Notes under the pieces: generated by a model
What the model was told of the DNA's origin: nothing
The model's database searches: none
Seen by the model: the letters and a program-made list of their open reading frames with translations, nothing else
Translations under genes and position numbers: made by a program
Part shown: piece by piece, positions 1 to 8,315 of the stretch
Position numbering within the stretch: position 1 is the stretch's first letter
How the letters are laid out: every line of letters begins with the position of its first letter
IMG/VR virus record: IMGVR_UViG_3300044846_005229
Coordinates: 186,001-250,000 of that record
Direction: 5' to 3' (one strand)
Length of the DNA: 64,000 bases

Positions 1-715
1 AATCACCTACCACTATTGCTTTTTCGGTTGAACACGGTGAGTCATTAGGGTATTTCGCCAACCGATCATAGCCAGGCAGGATTTTGGGCGCATGTTGGTT
101 GTTAGAGTAAGTAACCTTAAATGACGGGAACACTTTAGCTACCTCTTCCTCAGTTTGTCTTTCTATAAGAGCAGGGTCTAACGGTGTTGAAGAATCCATA
201 GTATAGTACAAGTCCGGAATAATAACATCTAAGGTTTCAGTTCGGAGTTTCAGGTCTCTCTTTCTTAATTCGTACTCTTTTGTTATATTATTAATTGTCA
301 ATTCCTCCTGCAATTTTTTACATTGCCCCTGAGTAAGGGAATCTAAAAAGTGCCAAAATTCTAAAACTTTATTCCAATTCTTTCCGAGAACTCTCTCAGG
401 TTCATTGAGTACGATGGCCGGGTTTAGGCTTGAAAGGTCGTTGAACCTTCGTAGAAGAATTGAGTGAATAACACTAATTCCTAGGGCCTTAGCTGTGATT
501 TTATCTAGATTAGGGATACCTATAGAGAGATGCCCCTTCGCTAGAAAAGCCTGAAAGTCCATCACTCCCATGCCCTTAGAGAGCATAATCGCTTCACTCT
601 GGGCACAAGGGCTGAGACATCTTTCTTCTCTCACCAGTTCGTAACCCTTACCGGGCATACCCCCAGGCTGAGACCATTTTTTAGTTAGTTTGTTTATTAG
701 TCCGGTGTTTGCCAT
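1..715 (-). CDS. hypothetical protein, 3' end runs off the window
   Basis: Manual translation from ATG at 715 (MANTGLINKL...NEPERVLGKNWNKVLEFWHFLDSL...) has no stop before position 1; absent from the ORF track because it is partial. Confidence 0.7.
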   Translation of the reverse strand, partial: MANTGLINKLTKKWSQPGGMPGKGYELVREERCLSPCAQSEAIMLSKGMGVMDFQAFLAKGHLSIGIPNLDKITAKALGISVIHSILLRRFNDLSSLNPAIVLNEPERVLGKNWNKVLEFWHFLDSLTQGQCKKLQEELTINNITKEYELRKRDLKLRTETLDVIIPDLYYTMDSSTPLDPALIERQTEEEVAKVFPSFKVTYSNNQHAPKILPGYDRLAKYPNDSPCSTEKAIVVGD

Positions 716-801
716 TTTTTTTATAGTTGTTGGTGTAGGTTGTTAATGAAAAGGATACAAATTTTGGTTACAAACCATGGTCATTATTACCCAAAGTCAA
801 A

Positions 802-891
802 TAGGCGCGTAGGGAATCGAACCCTAACTAGCCGGTAATCTGCCGGAGAGGTCTTCATAAGGGACCCTGTGCTACCGTACACCACACGCCC
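802..891 (-). tRNA. tRNA with UAU anticodon (Ile, AUA-reading) and long variable arm
   Basis: GGGCGTG/CGCGCCT acceptor, GTGT/GCAC D stem, GGTC(C)/(A)GACC anticodon stem with loop CTTATGA, CCGG-CAGATTA-CCGG variable arm, TAGGG-TTCGATT-CCCTA T arm, A73; CCA not encoded. Confidence 0.8.
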
Positions 892-1095
892 GAATTTCCA
901 GGAGTTAAACAATCGTGTTAATTACCCCGTTAGTTTCCAATTAGTTTTAATTAGGTGAAAAATCGCCCCTGGCTTTGTTAGAGCCATTGTTTAATGGTGT
1001 TTGGTTATGGACGTATCCATGGAACCATGTAGTGTATTATCAATGGGGCATTTCCTAAACGTTAATCGTTTCTACAGCGGCCAACTTAAATCAAG

Positions 1096-1245
1096 TCAAC
1101 CAGCAACATCCTGATCGTAAAGATCAAGAGCCTCTAGAACTTCTACCCCCGTCTCAGCAGCATCTAGCCGAAGAAGCAAATCTGCAGCAGCAGGATTACT
1201 TTCAGACAGTACAGCTGCCTTAGCAGCAATCAGAGCATTAGCCAT
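1096..1245 (-). CDS. small hypothetical protein (49 aa, MANALIAAKAAVLSES...)
   Basis: Manual translation; AC-rich leader (CAAAAATG) typical of genes in this window. Confidence 0.5.
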   Translation of the reverse strand: MANALIAAKAAVLSESNPAAADLLLRLDAAETGVEVLEALDLYDQDVAG

Positions 1246-1304
1246 TTTTGTTTGTTTTTGTGAGCTTTGTTTAACACTTGGTATGGCTGCATCTCAGCAA
1301 CCAA

Positions 1305-1376
1305 CACCCTGAGAGGGATTTGAACCCCCGACCGACGACTTAGAAGGTCGCTGCTCTTCCACTGAGCTACCAGGGC
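1305..1376 (-). tRNA. trnR: tRNA-Arg(UCU)
   Basis: GCCCTGG/TCAGGGT acceptor, GCTC/GAGC D stem, GCGAC-CTTCTAA-GTCGT anticodon arm, GGGGG-TTCAAAT-CCCTC T arm. Confidence 0.95.
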
Positions 1377-1427
1377 TTGATATTTGGTTGATGGCTGCGG
1401 GTGGAAGCACCCCCGGCATCTACACCT

Positions 1428-1455
1428 ATTATAGCACGTTTTTGGGCAAAGTCAA
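1428..1455 (-). promoter_or_regulatory. sigma70-like promoter upstream of tRNA-Arg
   Basis: TTGACT-16 nt-TATAAT with TG upstream of -10. Confidence 0.75.
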
Positions 1456-1495
1456 TGGGTGTTGCCGAACGCTGCCGGTCACTACCCGATACCAA

Positions 1496-1780
1496 TCAAA
1501 TAGTATAATAATGAATTAAACTGAACGATCCAGGGAATTTTCGGGTAGCATCATCCAAGGCAGCAATCTCCTGTATCTTCCCGTAGGCCCTATCCATGTT
1601 TTCCTGAGAATCCCAAAATAACAAGACCGTAACCTGACCGCCTCTAACTGAGTCTATTTGCTTTCTGATGAACCCTTGCTGTTGTCTTAGCCATGGTTCC
1701 CAAACTTTACCGTATGTGTCAAGAAAATCTGTGATGGATTGCGATGGTATAACTTGAAATGTTAAACTTTCGATTTTCAC
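1496..1780 (-). CDS. TIGR03792-like cyanobacterial protein (ABM/dimeric alpha-beta barrel)
   Basis: Pattern IESLTF...WEPWLRQQQGFIRKQ...V..LLFWDS resembles the cyanobacterial TIGR03792 family (recognised, not searched). Confidence 0.55.
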   Translation of the reverse strand: MKIESLTFQVIPSQSITDFLDTYGKVWEPWLRQQQGFIRKQIDSVRGGQVTVLLFWDSQENMDRAYGKIQEIAALDDATRKFPGSFSLIHYYTI

Positions 1781-1810
1781 TTTGGGTGTAGGTGTGTTGT
1801 TTTTCTTAAC

Positions 1811-2143
1811 TTATTTGCCATCACTATCAGATCGCTTCCATTCTGTCCAATGATCTACTGGGCACCTCATGTTCGCCATTGTCGTTTTTAGTGGCATATA
1901 GCACCCACATCGCTCACAAATTGAACTCTTTTCGTTAAACGCCCCACAAGTATTACTTTCGCAAATTGCTAACCTATCCTTTGCAACTTGGCGAGGAGCA
2001 ATTGTAGGGTCGGCCAGCAATCTAGCAGCGGTATCTCTAATAGAAGCACCGAAGCTACGGCGGCAACACTCGGGGTTTTCGTTGGTGTTTTCTAAGTTTT
2101 TTAAGTTTTTTAAGTTTTCCATAGTTGCCCTGGGTTGCCCCAA
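1811..2143 (-). CDS. Cys-rich small protein (DUF6171-like)
   Basis: RLAICESNTC...CERCGCYMPLKT...CPVDHW motif. Confidence 0.55.
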   Translation of the reverse strand: MGQPRATMENLKNLKNLENTNENPECCRRSFGASIRDTAARLLADPTIAPRQVAKDRLAICESNTCGAFNEKSSICERCGCYMPLKTTMANMRCPVDHWTEWKRSDSDGK

Positions 2144-2183
2144 TTGTTTAACATGATTACTTCCCGGTTAAATACTACCCCGA

Positions 2184-2705
2184 TCAATCTGTAAAAGAAT
2201 CCAACGTGGTTAAATGGGTATGTAAAGTCGATTCTTTGTGGAACCTGTAGACCGACGAGAATTCACCCGTTTGCTGAAAATGCCTTAGTTCATCTAGCAC
2301 CACCCTAACTACGGGGCAATCAGAAACCCATGCTTTCATCCAAAAAGTTTGGAACTTTTCCAGGTACTCCCACTTTTGGTCGTGAGGGGTCCAGACTTTT
2401 GTGTACTTTGGCGGGTTCCCCCTCCAAGGCTCACCATAAGAGGAGGGGTCATCAATAGCCAGTCCTTCAATAACATCGTGTGAATCCCTTAGAAACCTGA
2501 AAAAATAAAAGTCACCTTCAGGGATTTTCCAAGTTACATTGACTATTAGGAATGGAATATCGGGGTAGTTGCCTTTGGATTTTGTAACTCTCTCAATTAC
2601 CCTTAGGCTAGTTATTTGAGTGTCCATGATGTCATTCACCCTCATCGCCATCCTGTTCTGAATCTTCGGGCACCATACCCAAGAGCAAGCAATCAAAAAA
2701 CGCAA
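2184..2705 (-). CDS. hypothetical protein (true start probably at an internal Met)
   Basis: ORF in co-oriented array. Confidence 0.6.
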   Translation of the reverse strand: MRFLIACSWVWCPKIQNRMAMRVNDIMDTQITSLRVIERVTKSKGNYPDIPFLIVNVTWKIPEGDFYFFRFLRDSHDVIEGLAIDDPSSYGEPWRGNPPKYTKVWTPHDQKWEYLEKFQTFWMKAWVSDCPVVRVVLDELRHFQQTGEFSSVYRFHKESTLHTHLTTLDSFTD

Positions 2706-2916
2706 CTACATCAAAGCGATTAGACGGGTCCACACCGACTTTACGGCAGACTTCAATCGCTGCCTCTTCGAAGGGTAAGTAAGGGTTTGCCAATCCAAAG
2801 GTTCTGAGACGTTGTAGGAAGCAGTCTCGGATTGCAGAATATAAGGATGGTAACTCGGACTCGTCAAGTTCGACTGTGCGTTCAATGGCTGTTGGGGCTT
2901 TGTATGTGATTTGCAT
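2632..2916 (-). CDS. hypothetical protein
   Basis: ORF with AC-rich leader, acidic C-terminus. Confidence 0.65.
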   Translation of the reverse strand: MQITYKAPTAIERTVELDESELPSLYSAIRDCFLQRLRTFGLANPYLPFEEAAIEVCRKVGVDPSNRFDVVAFFDCLLLGMVPEDSEQDGDEGE

Positions 2917-3051
2917 TTTTGGTCTTTAAGTAGGAAACGAATGTTTGCGTTTGTTGCCAGGGTTAAGTCTTTTGGCATTAAGATGGTGCCACCCCTCTCG
3001 ATAAATCGGACAGATTTGAGGAAGGCATGAGGGCGGAGGTTTACAGTCATT

Positions 3052-3555
3052 TTAAGAATTCCTGGCAATAACTTCTTTCAGAAACTCCAAGCCTTCTTCA
3101 TTGCTATCATGGAAATAAGATTCAGCTTCTTCGCCCAGCAAATAGTAGCCAGCACAATCAGGCCAGTCTGAGAATCCTACTTCACCCGCCATTACTTGGG
3201 CAAATCCTGCGATGCAATGGACAGTACCGCATTCGTTAAAGGCTTCTTTGCCCTCAATGGGTTTGCCAGTTAGCGTGCGGCCCCACCGTGGACCCCATGC
3301 CTGATGGTAAAGCGCCATATCAAAGTTATCCAAATCACGCTCTACAATCCAAATCGCCACATGGAGAAGGTTAGCCTCTTGTTGCTCGGGTGTGAGCAGA
3401 ATGTCTAGGCTCTCAGGGATATGGGGCAGTGGGGGGAGGCCAGATGTGATACCCAGGTTCTGGAGGTTAAGGCGAGTGGTTTCAGTCAGGGAAAGAGTGG
3501 TAGTTGTCATTTTTGTGTTTGTGGATAATGTGGGTTTATTGATGGTGTTAGACAA
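3052..3555 (-). CDS. hypothetical phage protein
   Basis: ORF with CGTVHCIAGFAQV motif; in co-oriented array. Confidence 0.65.
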   Translation of the reverse strand: MSNTINKPTLSTNTKMTTTTLSLTETTRLNLQNLGITSGLPPLPHIPESLDILLTPEQQEANLLHVAIWIVERDLDNFDMALYHQAWGPRWGRTLTGKPIEGKEAFNECGTVHCIAGFAQVMAGEVGFSDWPDCAGYYLLGEEAESYFHDSNEEGLEFLKEVIARNS

Positions 3556-3589
3556 AGTGGTAAGAAAACTATTTCCCCCCTTTTTTATC

Positions 3590-4054
3590 TTAAAACGTTA
3601 CGACCCTGAAGGGCCTTACACTAAATTTAAAAAGTTTAGGGACAACATCATCATAATTTTGGCGGACATTCACTGCATGTGCGTCCAAGAAACTAAATTC
3701 AGATGAACTCCAATAGCGGTGGTTGCCACCGAAGAACTGAGGAATTTGTTTGTGTGCCAGGAGCAGAAGATCTTTTGACGGAATGAACCATTCTGGATCG
3801 AATTTTCTGTCCCACTCGTTCTCGTCCCAGACCCTACTCATTATGGTACCCCAATCAGACTCAAACTCTTTTTCCTTGGAGCAAACGACAATAGCGTGAT
3901 TGTCACCCTTAACCAAGACGATGCTTCCATCTTCAAGTACGTCCCCTACGCAAGCATCGGAAACTTTTTTGTAGTTGCGTAGGTCTTGCCTTAAGGTTTC
4001 TAGATGTCTCTCGGCTTCTTGAATTTTTTGAGTGATGCCAGTCAAACGATCCAT
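3590..4054 (-). CDS. DUF1566/Lcl C-terminal (C-type-lectin-like) domain protein
   Basis: WFIPSKDLL...YWSSSE...A..VN...VRPFR pattern. Confidence 0.55.
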   Translation of the reverse strand: MDRLTGITQKIQEAERHLETLRQDLRNYKKVSDACVGDVLEDGSIVLVKGDNHAIVVCSKEKEFESDWGTIMSRVWDENEWDRKFDPEWFIPSKDLLLLAHKQIPQFFGGNHRYWSSSEFSFLDAHAVNVRQNYDDVVPKLFKFSVRPFRVVTF

Positions 4055-4153
4055 GTTACTGTTTGGGTGATTTTCCTAGGGAAAAAGATGGGGAGCCAAA
4101 TGGTTTTAATCTCTACTAAAGCAATGGTCAGCAGTGGCACCATACCACAAAAC

Positions 4154-4483
4154 TCAAGGAAAGGCAATGCGGTAAGACATAATGACCCACTTCTGGATTT
4201 GGATAATTGCTTCATCTGATAGGGGCTTACCGTACAGTTGATAACTATCACGCTCATATTCCCAAAAGTCAAAACCTTGAGGGGTGGTATCCCAGTGGAA
4301 AGTTTGAGTTAACAGGGACACTTCAAATCCCGTTGGATTATCTAAAATCGACATGAGGGACTCCCTATCGAACCCCTTTGGCAAGGTGTGAGACAGCTCT
4401 TCCGCTCTTTCTGCTTCCGTTGCCACCTTAAGTTCGCTCTCAAGTTGGGCGATTTGAAGCTTGATTTGTTCTGATTTTTTCAT
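4154..4483 (-). CDS. hypothetical protein
   Basis: First ORF after the promoter at 4525-4553. Confidence 0.7.
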   Translation of the reverse strand: MKKSEQIKLQIAQLESELKVATEAERAEELSHTLPKGFDRESLMSILDNPTGFEVSLLTQTFHWDTTPQGFDFWEYERDSYQLYGKPLSDEAIIQIQKWVIMSYRIAFP

Positions 4484-4524
4484 GGGTCTTTGGGGTTGGT
4501 TTCGGCTGGTTGGTTACCAATGAT

Positions 4525-4553
4525 AGTATAGCACAAGGTTAAAACCAAGTCAA
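4525..4553 (-). promoter_or_regulatory. sigma70-like promoter
   Basis: TTGACT-17 nt-TATACT with extended TG. Confidence 0.7.
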
Positions 4554-4587
4554 GGGGGCCAACCCTAAGGTCAACCCCCCAAAGGAT

Positions 4588-5418
4588 TCAGACAGCCGCC
4601 ATTTCCAAGGCTACCCGCATCGCCCGCTGATTGATAGATACACCTTGGCCAAAATTAGCATAGTTAAAACAACCGTCGTTAGTCTTACGGACTTCGTGAC
4701 TAGAAAATTCTGTCACGCTATTGAGCGCATCATATAGGGTGTGCCCCTCGTTGCCTTTACCATTATAGAAAAGGTCGTTAAGCCTCTCAATGTTGCGAAT
4801 CTTGTCACCCTCCTTCTTATTGTAGGTAGCTTCCATGAAGCGGGTGAATTGTGCCCCGGTGCAAGTGGCATTGGCAATGGTTTCTACGTTTTGGGCATAA
4901 CGTGCCATGTCTTCATTGACGAGATCCATTACCATACTAGACCCAATAACAAGCTCGTTTACGCCCCTATTATGTCGGAATTTTTGACCAATATCCCTGT
5001 AGGCCATGGTGAACGTATTAGCACAGATAACGCGAACTGCTGATGAACCGATAGCCACCGATGCGTTGGCTGTGTGGCCGTTTAGTAGTGTAATAAAGGC
5101 ATTGTAATTCTCACCAATAACTTGGAATCCTTGGCTAATGCGAGCCTGGACGAATACCTTAGCCCCGTTCTGAAGGTGCCCCATGTTTTCCACTGTAAGA
5201 ATACCTTCTTCCACCAAGGGGCTAACTTTATTTAGAAGGACTTCGTTTTGAACAGATTCGTAGCCCGTGGTAACATACCCGAGGCGATAATCATTGTCAT
5301 CACGGTGAACAGCAACCGTGGAAGGATCAACTTCCCACTCCCCTTTGAAATTCATGGATGCGACGGCCCGATTAGAAACGGTCCAGTCTAGGTTGTCAGT
5401 GATGGCGAAAGCAGTCAT
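4588..5418 (-). CDS. DUF932 family phage/plasmid protein
   Basis: LDWTV...R.D....LG.V...Y..VQN...G.L.NG.KVF...L.N.H......VRV.C.NT pattern. Confidence 0.8.
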   Translation of the reverse strand: MTAFAITDNLDWTVSNRAVASMNFKGEWEVDPSTVAVHRDDNDYRLGYVTTGYESVQNEVLLNKVSPLVEEGILTVENMGHLQNGAKVFVQARISQGFQVIGENYNAFITLLNGHTANASVAIGSSAVRVICANTFTMAYRDIGQKFRHNRGVNELVIGSSMVMDLVNEDMARYAQNVETIANATCTGAQFTRFMEATYNKKEGDKIRNIERLNDLFYNGKGNEGHTLYDALNSVTEFSSHEVRKTNDGCFNYANFGQGVSINQRAMRVALEMAAV

Positions 5419-5625
5419 GGTTGGTTTCGGCTCGTTGGTTGCGGTTGGGTGGTTACTGGGTTATTCTAGCAGGGTTGGTCCCGGTTGTCAATGCCTGCCG
5501 GGGGGGGTGAAGGCTAACTGGGAACCAATCTCAAGGTAGTTTAGCGTGGTATGGGGTAATTGTCAATGCCTGCTAGGAGCTACGGGTTAGGGGTCGTGGG
5601 GGGTGCTAAGTTAGCGCAAAGTAAA

Positions 5626-6066
5626 TCAACAGTCATAGTCATAACCATAGGCAGAGGAAAACCTATACTCGTCGCCATCTTCCCCGTCGATTTCATCCTT
5701 AAAGCCATACTTGATTGCTGTTGCTTTGAAAAGTGGCAAACCATATTGAGCGTAATTATCATCTGGCCAATCTTCAAGTCCTTCCTCAAGAACCCAATTC
5801 CACATCTTGACGACATTGAACATTAACCCTGAGCTAATCCCACGCTGATTTAGTGCCTTCTCAAAGCCAAAGGCAACATCTTTTTCAAGCTGTGCAAGAA
5901 CATTCTCCCGTGTGTACGGAATAGCTTCATGAGTTGCGCCCTCTTGAAGGGTTAATCCAAAGTCCTTAAGCTGCTCTTGTGGGATAAACTGGGCAAGTCT
6001 ATAAATATCGCGTCCGTCGAGGGTTTCCGATTTGTAAAGCTTTTGGACCTGTTCAAGAGTTTTCAT
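5626..6066 (-). CDS. hypothetical protein (start MKTLEQ; the longer track ORF extends into a repeat)
   Basis: Protein-like composition only from the ATG at 6066. Confidence 0.7.
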   Translation of the reverse strand: MKTLEQVQKLYKSETLDGRDIYRLAQFIPQEQLKDFGLTLQEGATHEAIPYTRENVLAQLEKDVAFGFEKALNQRGISSGLMFNVVKMWNWVLEEGLEDWPDDNYAQYGLPLFKATAIKYGFKDEIDGEDGDEYRFSSAYGYDYDC

Positions 6067-6148
6067 GGTTGAAGAAATTGGTTGTAGGGCCATTGAAGCA
6101 TGGTGCGTCGGGGATGTCAATGCCCCCAGGTGCGATTGTTTGGTGTGC

Positions 6149-6205
6149 CGCCTAACGGCGCCCAAACCCGGTCGGGGGCTTGCGCCCCCTCCCGAAAATT
6201 CCGGG
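6149..6205 (-). repeat. GC-rich triple-hairpin element, copy 1 (copy 2 at 40498-40553)
   Basis: CCCGGAATTTTCGGG / GGGGGC-GCAA-GCCCCC / CGCC-GTTA-GGCG, near-identical to 40498-40553. Confidence 0.75.
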
Positions 6206-6206
6206 T

Positions 6207-6983
6207 CTATATCAGGGGGTGGAGCCTGCCATCGTGGCCAAAATACCGGAGCACCTTGGTTTCCACATCGTACAGACAAAGTTTGGTATCTTCAGGGTCG
6301 ATTTCGCTATGGGAAGACCCACCCATTTGACCGTCGAGGACGATGTTTTTCTCGCTGATGTAAACATTATGATAATGTCCAGCGACCCGGACCCATTCCT
6401 TATCATCATCTTCCAGCCACCATGGGAGGCGATCAGACGTAACTTTGCCATCTTCCAGGGTAACCTTATAGAAAGGACCATAAATCATGGTATTCAGTTC
6501 CTTGCGGGTAATAGCATTGGGCATTACTTGGTGGGTGCCATTATATTTCGGGATGGGCAATCTGCGGGGGAAACAAGCGTGAGCGCACCGGTATTCGGTC
6601 CCTTCCGCATCCCTAAATACAAAGCCATAAGGCATCGAGTCAAGCCAAGGCAATACTTCACCGACTAAGTCAATTCCGCCTCTCTCAAAGTCATCTAAGG
6701 TAGTTCGCAAGTCTTGGAAAACCTTGACCTTGTTTCCCTTGAGGCATCGAACCAGTTTATTTTGGTGATTGCTTTGTAGGATAATAGTGCCAGGAATTTC
6801 CCTTTGAATTTGCCTCACTGCATGGTAAACTCCGACAGAATCCGAGGTTTCGCACCTTGAATCAAAAAGGTCCCCCAGTAGAATCGGGGTCAATCCTTCC
6901 GACAAGCAGTGCCCTAGGGCCGCTTCCAGGGGGGGCAACTGGGAATGGATGTCACCAATGATGGCGTAACGAATGTGTGTCAT
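6207..6983 (-). CDS. calcineurin-like metallophosphoesterase (PPP/Pnkp-phosphoesterase-like)
   Basis: IIGDIHS, LLGDLFD, QSNHQ, CAHAC and AGHYH motifs. Confidence 0.8.
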   Translation of the reverse strand: MTHIRYAIIGDIHSQLPPLEAALGHCLSEGLTPILLGDLFDSRCETSDSVGVYHAVRQIQREIPGTIILQSNHQNKLVRCLKGNKVKVFQDLRTTLDDFERGGIDLVGEVLPWLDSMPYGFVFRDAEGTEYRCAHACFPRRLPIPKYNGTHQVMPNAITRKELNTMIYGPFYKVTLEDGKVTSDRLPWWLEDDDKEWVRVAGHYHNVYISEKNIVLDGQMGGSSHSEIDPEDTKLCLYDVETKVLRYFGHDGRLHPLI

Positions 6984-7137
6984 GGGCCCATTGTAGCATG
7001 TTTGATGGGGGTTGTCTTTCAGGGTATGACTGCCGGGGTATGACTGCCGGGGTCATCACTAGAGAAAGTCTGAGTCGGTACTAGATCCCCGTCCTAGCCA
7101 TTGGGGGGGTATCACTGAGGGCATTATATCCCGTGAT

Positions 7138-7599
7138 TTAATAGTCCCAGTACTCATGGTTTAAAAAGTCTAGTAAAAGTTGGATGATATTTCTTTTGCG
7201 TTTTTTGCTCTGTGGAGTAAACCTACCAAATTTCTCAAGTTCTTCGACAGATGCTTCCTGAAGCCAATAATGGAAAGAATCCATTTCCATGGAGCAAATT
7301 TCATTGAAGGCTAGGTCGGTGGCTTTCTTTGGGGGTTTGATGGACCGTGCGTAGTGGCTATTTGAATTATAAGTGTCAAAAACGCTAATTTCTTGAACTG
7401 GCTCAACCTTAACTTTTTCTTTCCCTCTTTTTGTAGGTAGAGATTTTAGTTCTAGTTCCTTTTCCAAGGCACCTATGAAGTTATTATACTTAATGTTTTC
7501 ATCAACGCGACTCAAGAAACGACTGTATTCATCGTCCATTTCATCTTCTGATTGGGAATGCTTTCTGAAATAATCAGGATCTATGATTGACATTTTCAT
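7138..7599 (-). CDS. hypothetical protein
   Basis: ORF in co-oriented array. Confidence 0.65.
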   Translation of the reverse strand: MKMSIIDPDYFRKHSQSEDEMDDEYSRFLSRVDENIKYNNFIGALEKELELKSLPTKRGKEKVKVEPVQEISVFDTYNSNSHYARSIKPPKKATDLAFNEICSMEMDSFHYWLQEASVEELEKFGRFTPQSKKRKRNIIQLLLDFLNHEYWDY

Positions 7600-7796
7600 C
7601 TAGTACGGCCTGAACAGCAAGGGAAAGATTATCCATTGGTCGGAAACTCCATCGGGATCAGAACTTGGCAATTATTTCGCCGGATAAACATCAGGGGGAT
7701 ACAACTGATTGATTGCGTCTCTAATTAGGAGAGCAGCGCTTTAAGGTTGTGATAGGCATTTTGCTGTGGGGGTTGTTTGGAACTGTTATCAGTGCC

Positions 7797-7825
7797 ACTC
7801 TAGCATGGTTGCTGCTAGGTGTCAA
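7797..7825 (-). promoter_or_regulatory. sigma70-like promoter
   Basis: TTGACA-17 nt-TAGAGT with extended TG. Confidence 0.6.
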
Positions 7826-7853
7826 CTCTTAACCAAGTTATAAATGTAGTGAA

Positions 7854-7965
7854 TGGGACCAGTAGGATTTGAACCTACACCTCTCCTTTAACGTAGGAAT
7901 TTAATTGCTGATGTATCTTTGACAAGATAACTTTCTTTAGCGCTCTGTCGTTGAGCTATGGTCCC
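7854..7965 (-). ncRNA. tRNA-like RNA with ~41-nt insert carrying a hairpin + CAGCAA between the D arm and an anticodon-like arm
   Basis: GGGACCA/TGGTCCC acceptor, GCTC/GAGC D stem, GTAGG-TTCAAAT-CCTAC T arm, TTCCT-ACGTTAA-AGGAG anticodon-like hairpin, insert containing TATCTT-GTCA-AAGATA-CAT-CAGCAA. Confidence 0.8.
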
Positions 7966-8005
7966 TTGTTTGCTTCGCAAATAGCTTGTTGAAACATGGT
8001 TTAGC

Positions 8006-8054
8006 TAGATAGTTGGTTTTCCGATTTTGAAGGGGATGGTTGCTGAACTATCTA
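8006..8054 (-). ncRNA. stand-alone CAGCAA stem-loop module
   Basis: TAGATAGTT/AACTATCTA 9-bp stem closing a 31-nt loop that starts CAGCAA and ends GAAAACC. Confidence 0.7.
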
Positions 8055-8072
8055 CGTTTGCCGAAGGCAAAG

Positions 8073-8199
8073 TCGAAGAGGCAAGATTCGAACTTGCGTA
8101 TGGCGGTTCCTTTAGCGCATTTGGTGTTGCTGAGCTACCTAAAGCATAACTAGATAGTCCTTTTGCATTACCGCCGCCTTACCACTTGGCTACTCTTCG
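8073..8199 (-). ncRNA. tRNA-like RNA (Cys-like scaffold) with enlarged anticodon loop carrying a hairpin + CAGCAA
   Basis: CGAAGAG/CTCTTCG acceptor, TAGCCAAGTGGTAAGGC D arm, GCGGT/ACCGC anticodon stem, GCAAG-TTCGAAT-CTTGC T arm; insert contains CTATCTAG/TTAGGTAG hairpin then CT-CAGCAA. Confidence 0.8.
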
Positions 8200-8233
8200 T
8201 TTTGGGTGTCTGGGTGTCTTAACCGTTAAAGGT

Positions 8234-8296
8234 CAACAAGGTGAGTTTTGCTGGATTTGAACCATTCCCCTTTGTTGCCCTGGTGAACTACCAGGG
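8234..8296 (-). ncRNA. structured element with T-loop hairpin and CAGCAA
   Basis: CCCTGGT-AGTTC-ACCAGGG hairpin; CAACAAAGG/CCTTGTTG stem enclosing TGG-TTCAAAT-CCA followed by GCAA. Confidence 0.5.
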
Positions 8297-8315
8297 AAGC
8301 TAACTTTATTTAAAC

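Noticed and set aside
7755-7770. Other CAGCAA(AATG) occurrences (7760, 57858, 59200)
   Set aside because: They are part of the common pre-start GCAAAATG context and have no flanking helix
7854-8199. Group I/II introns in the two tRNA-like genes
   Set aside because: Inserts of only about 41-55 nt cannot hold a catalytic core
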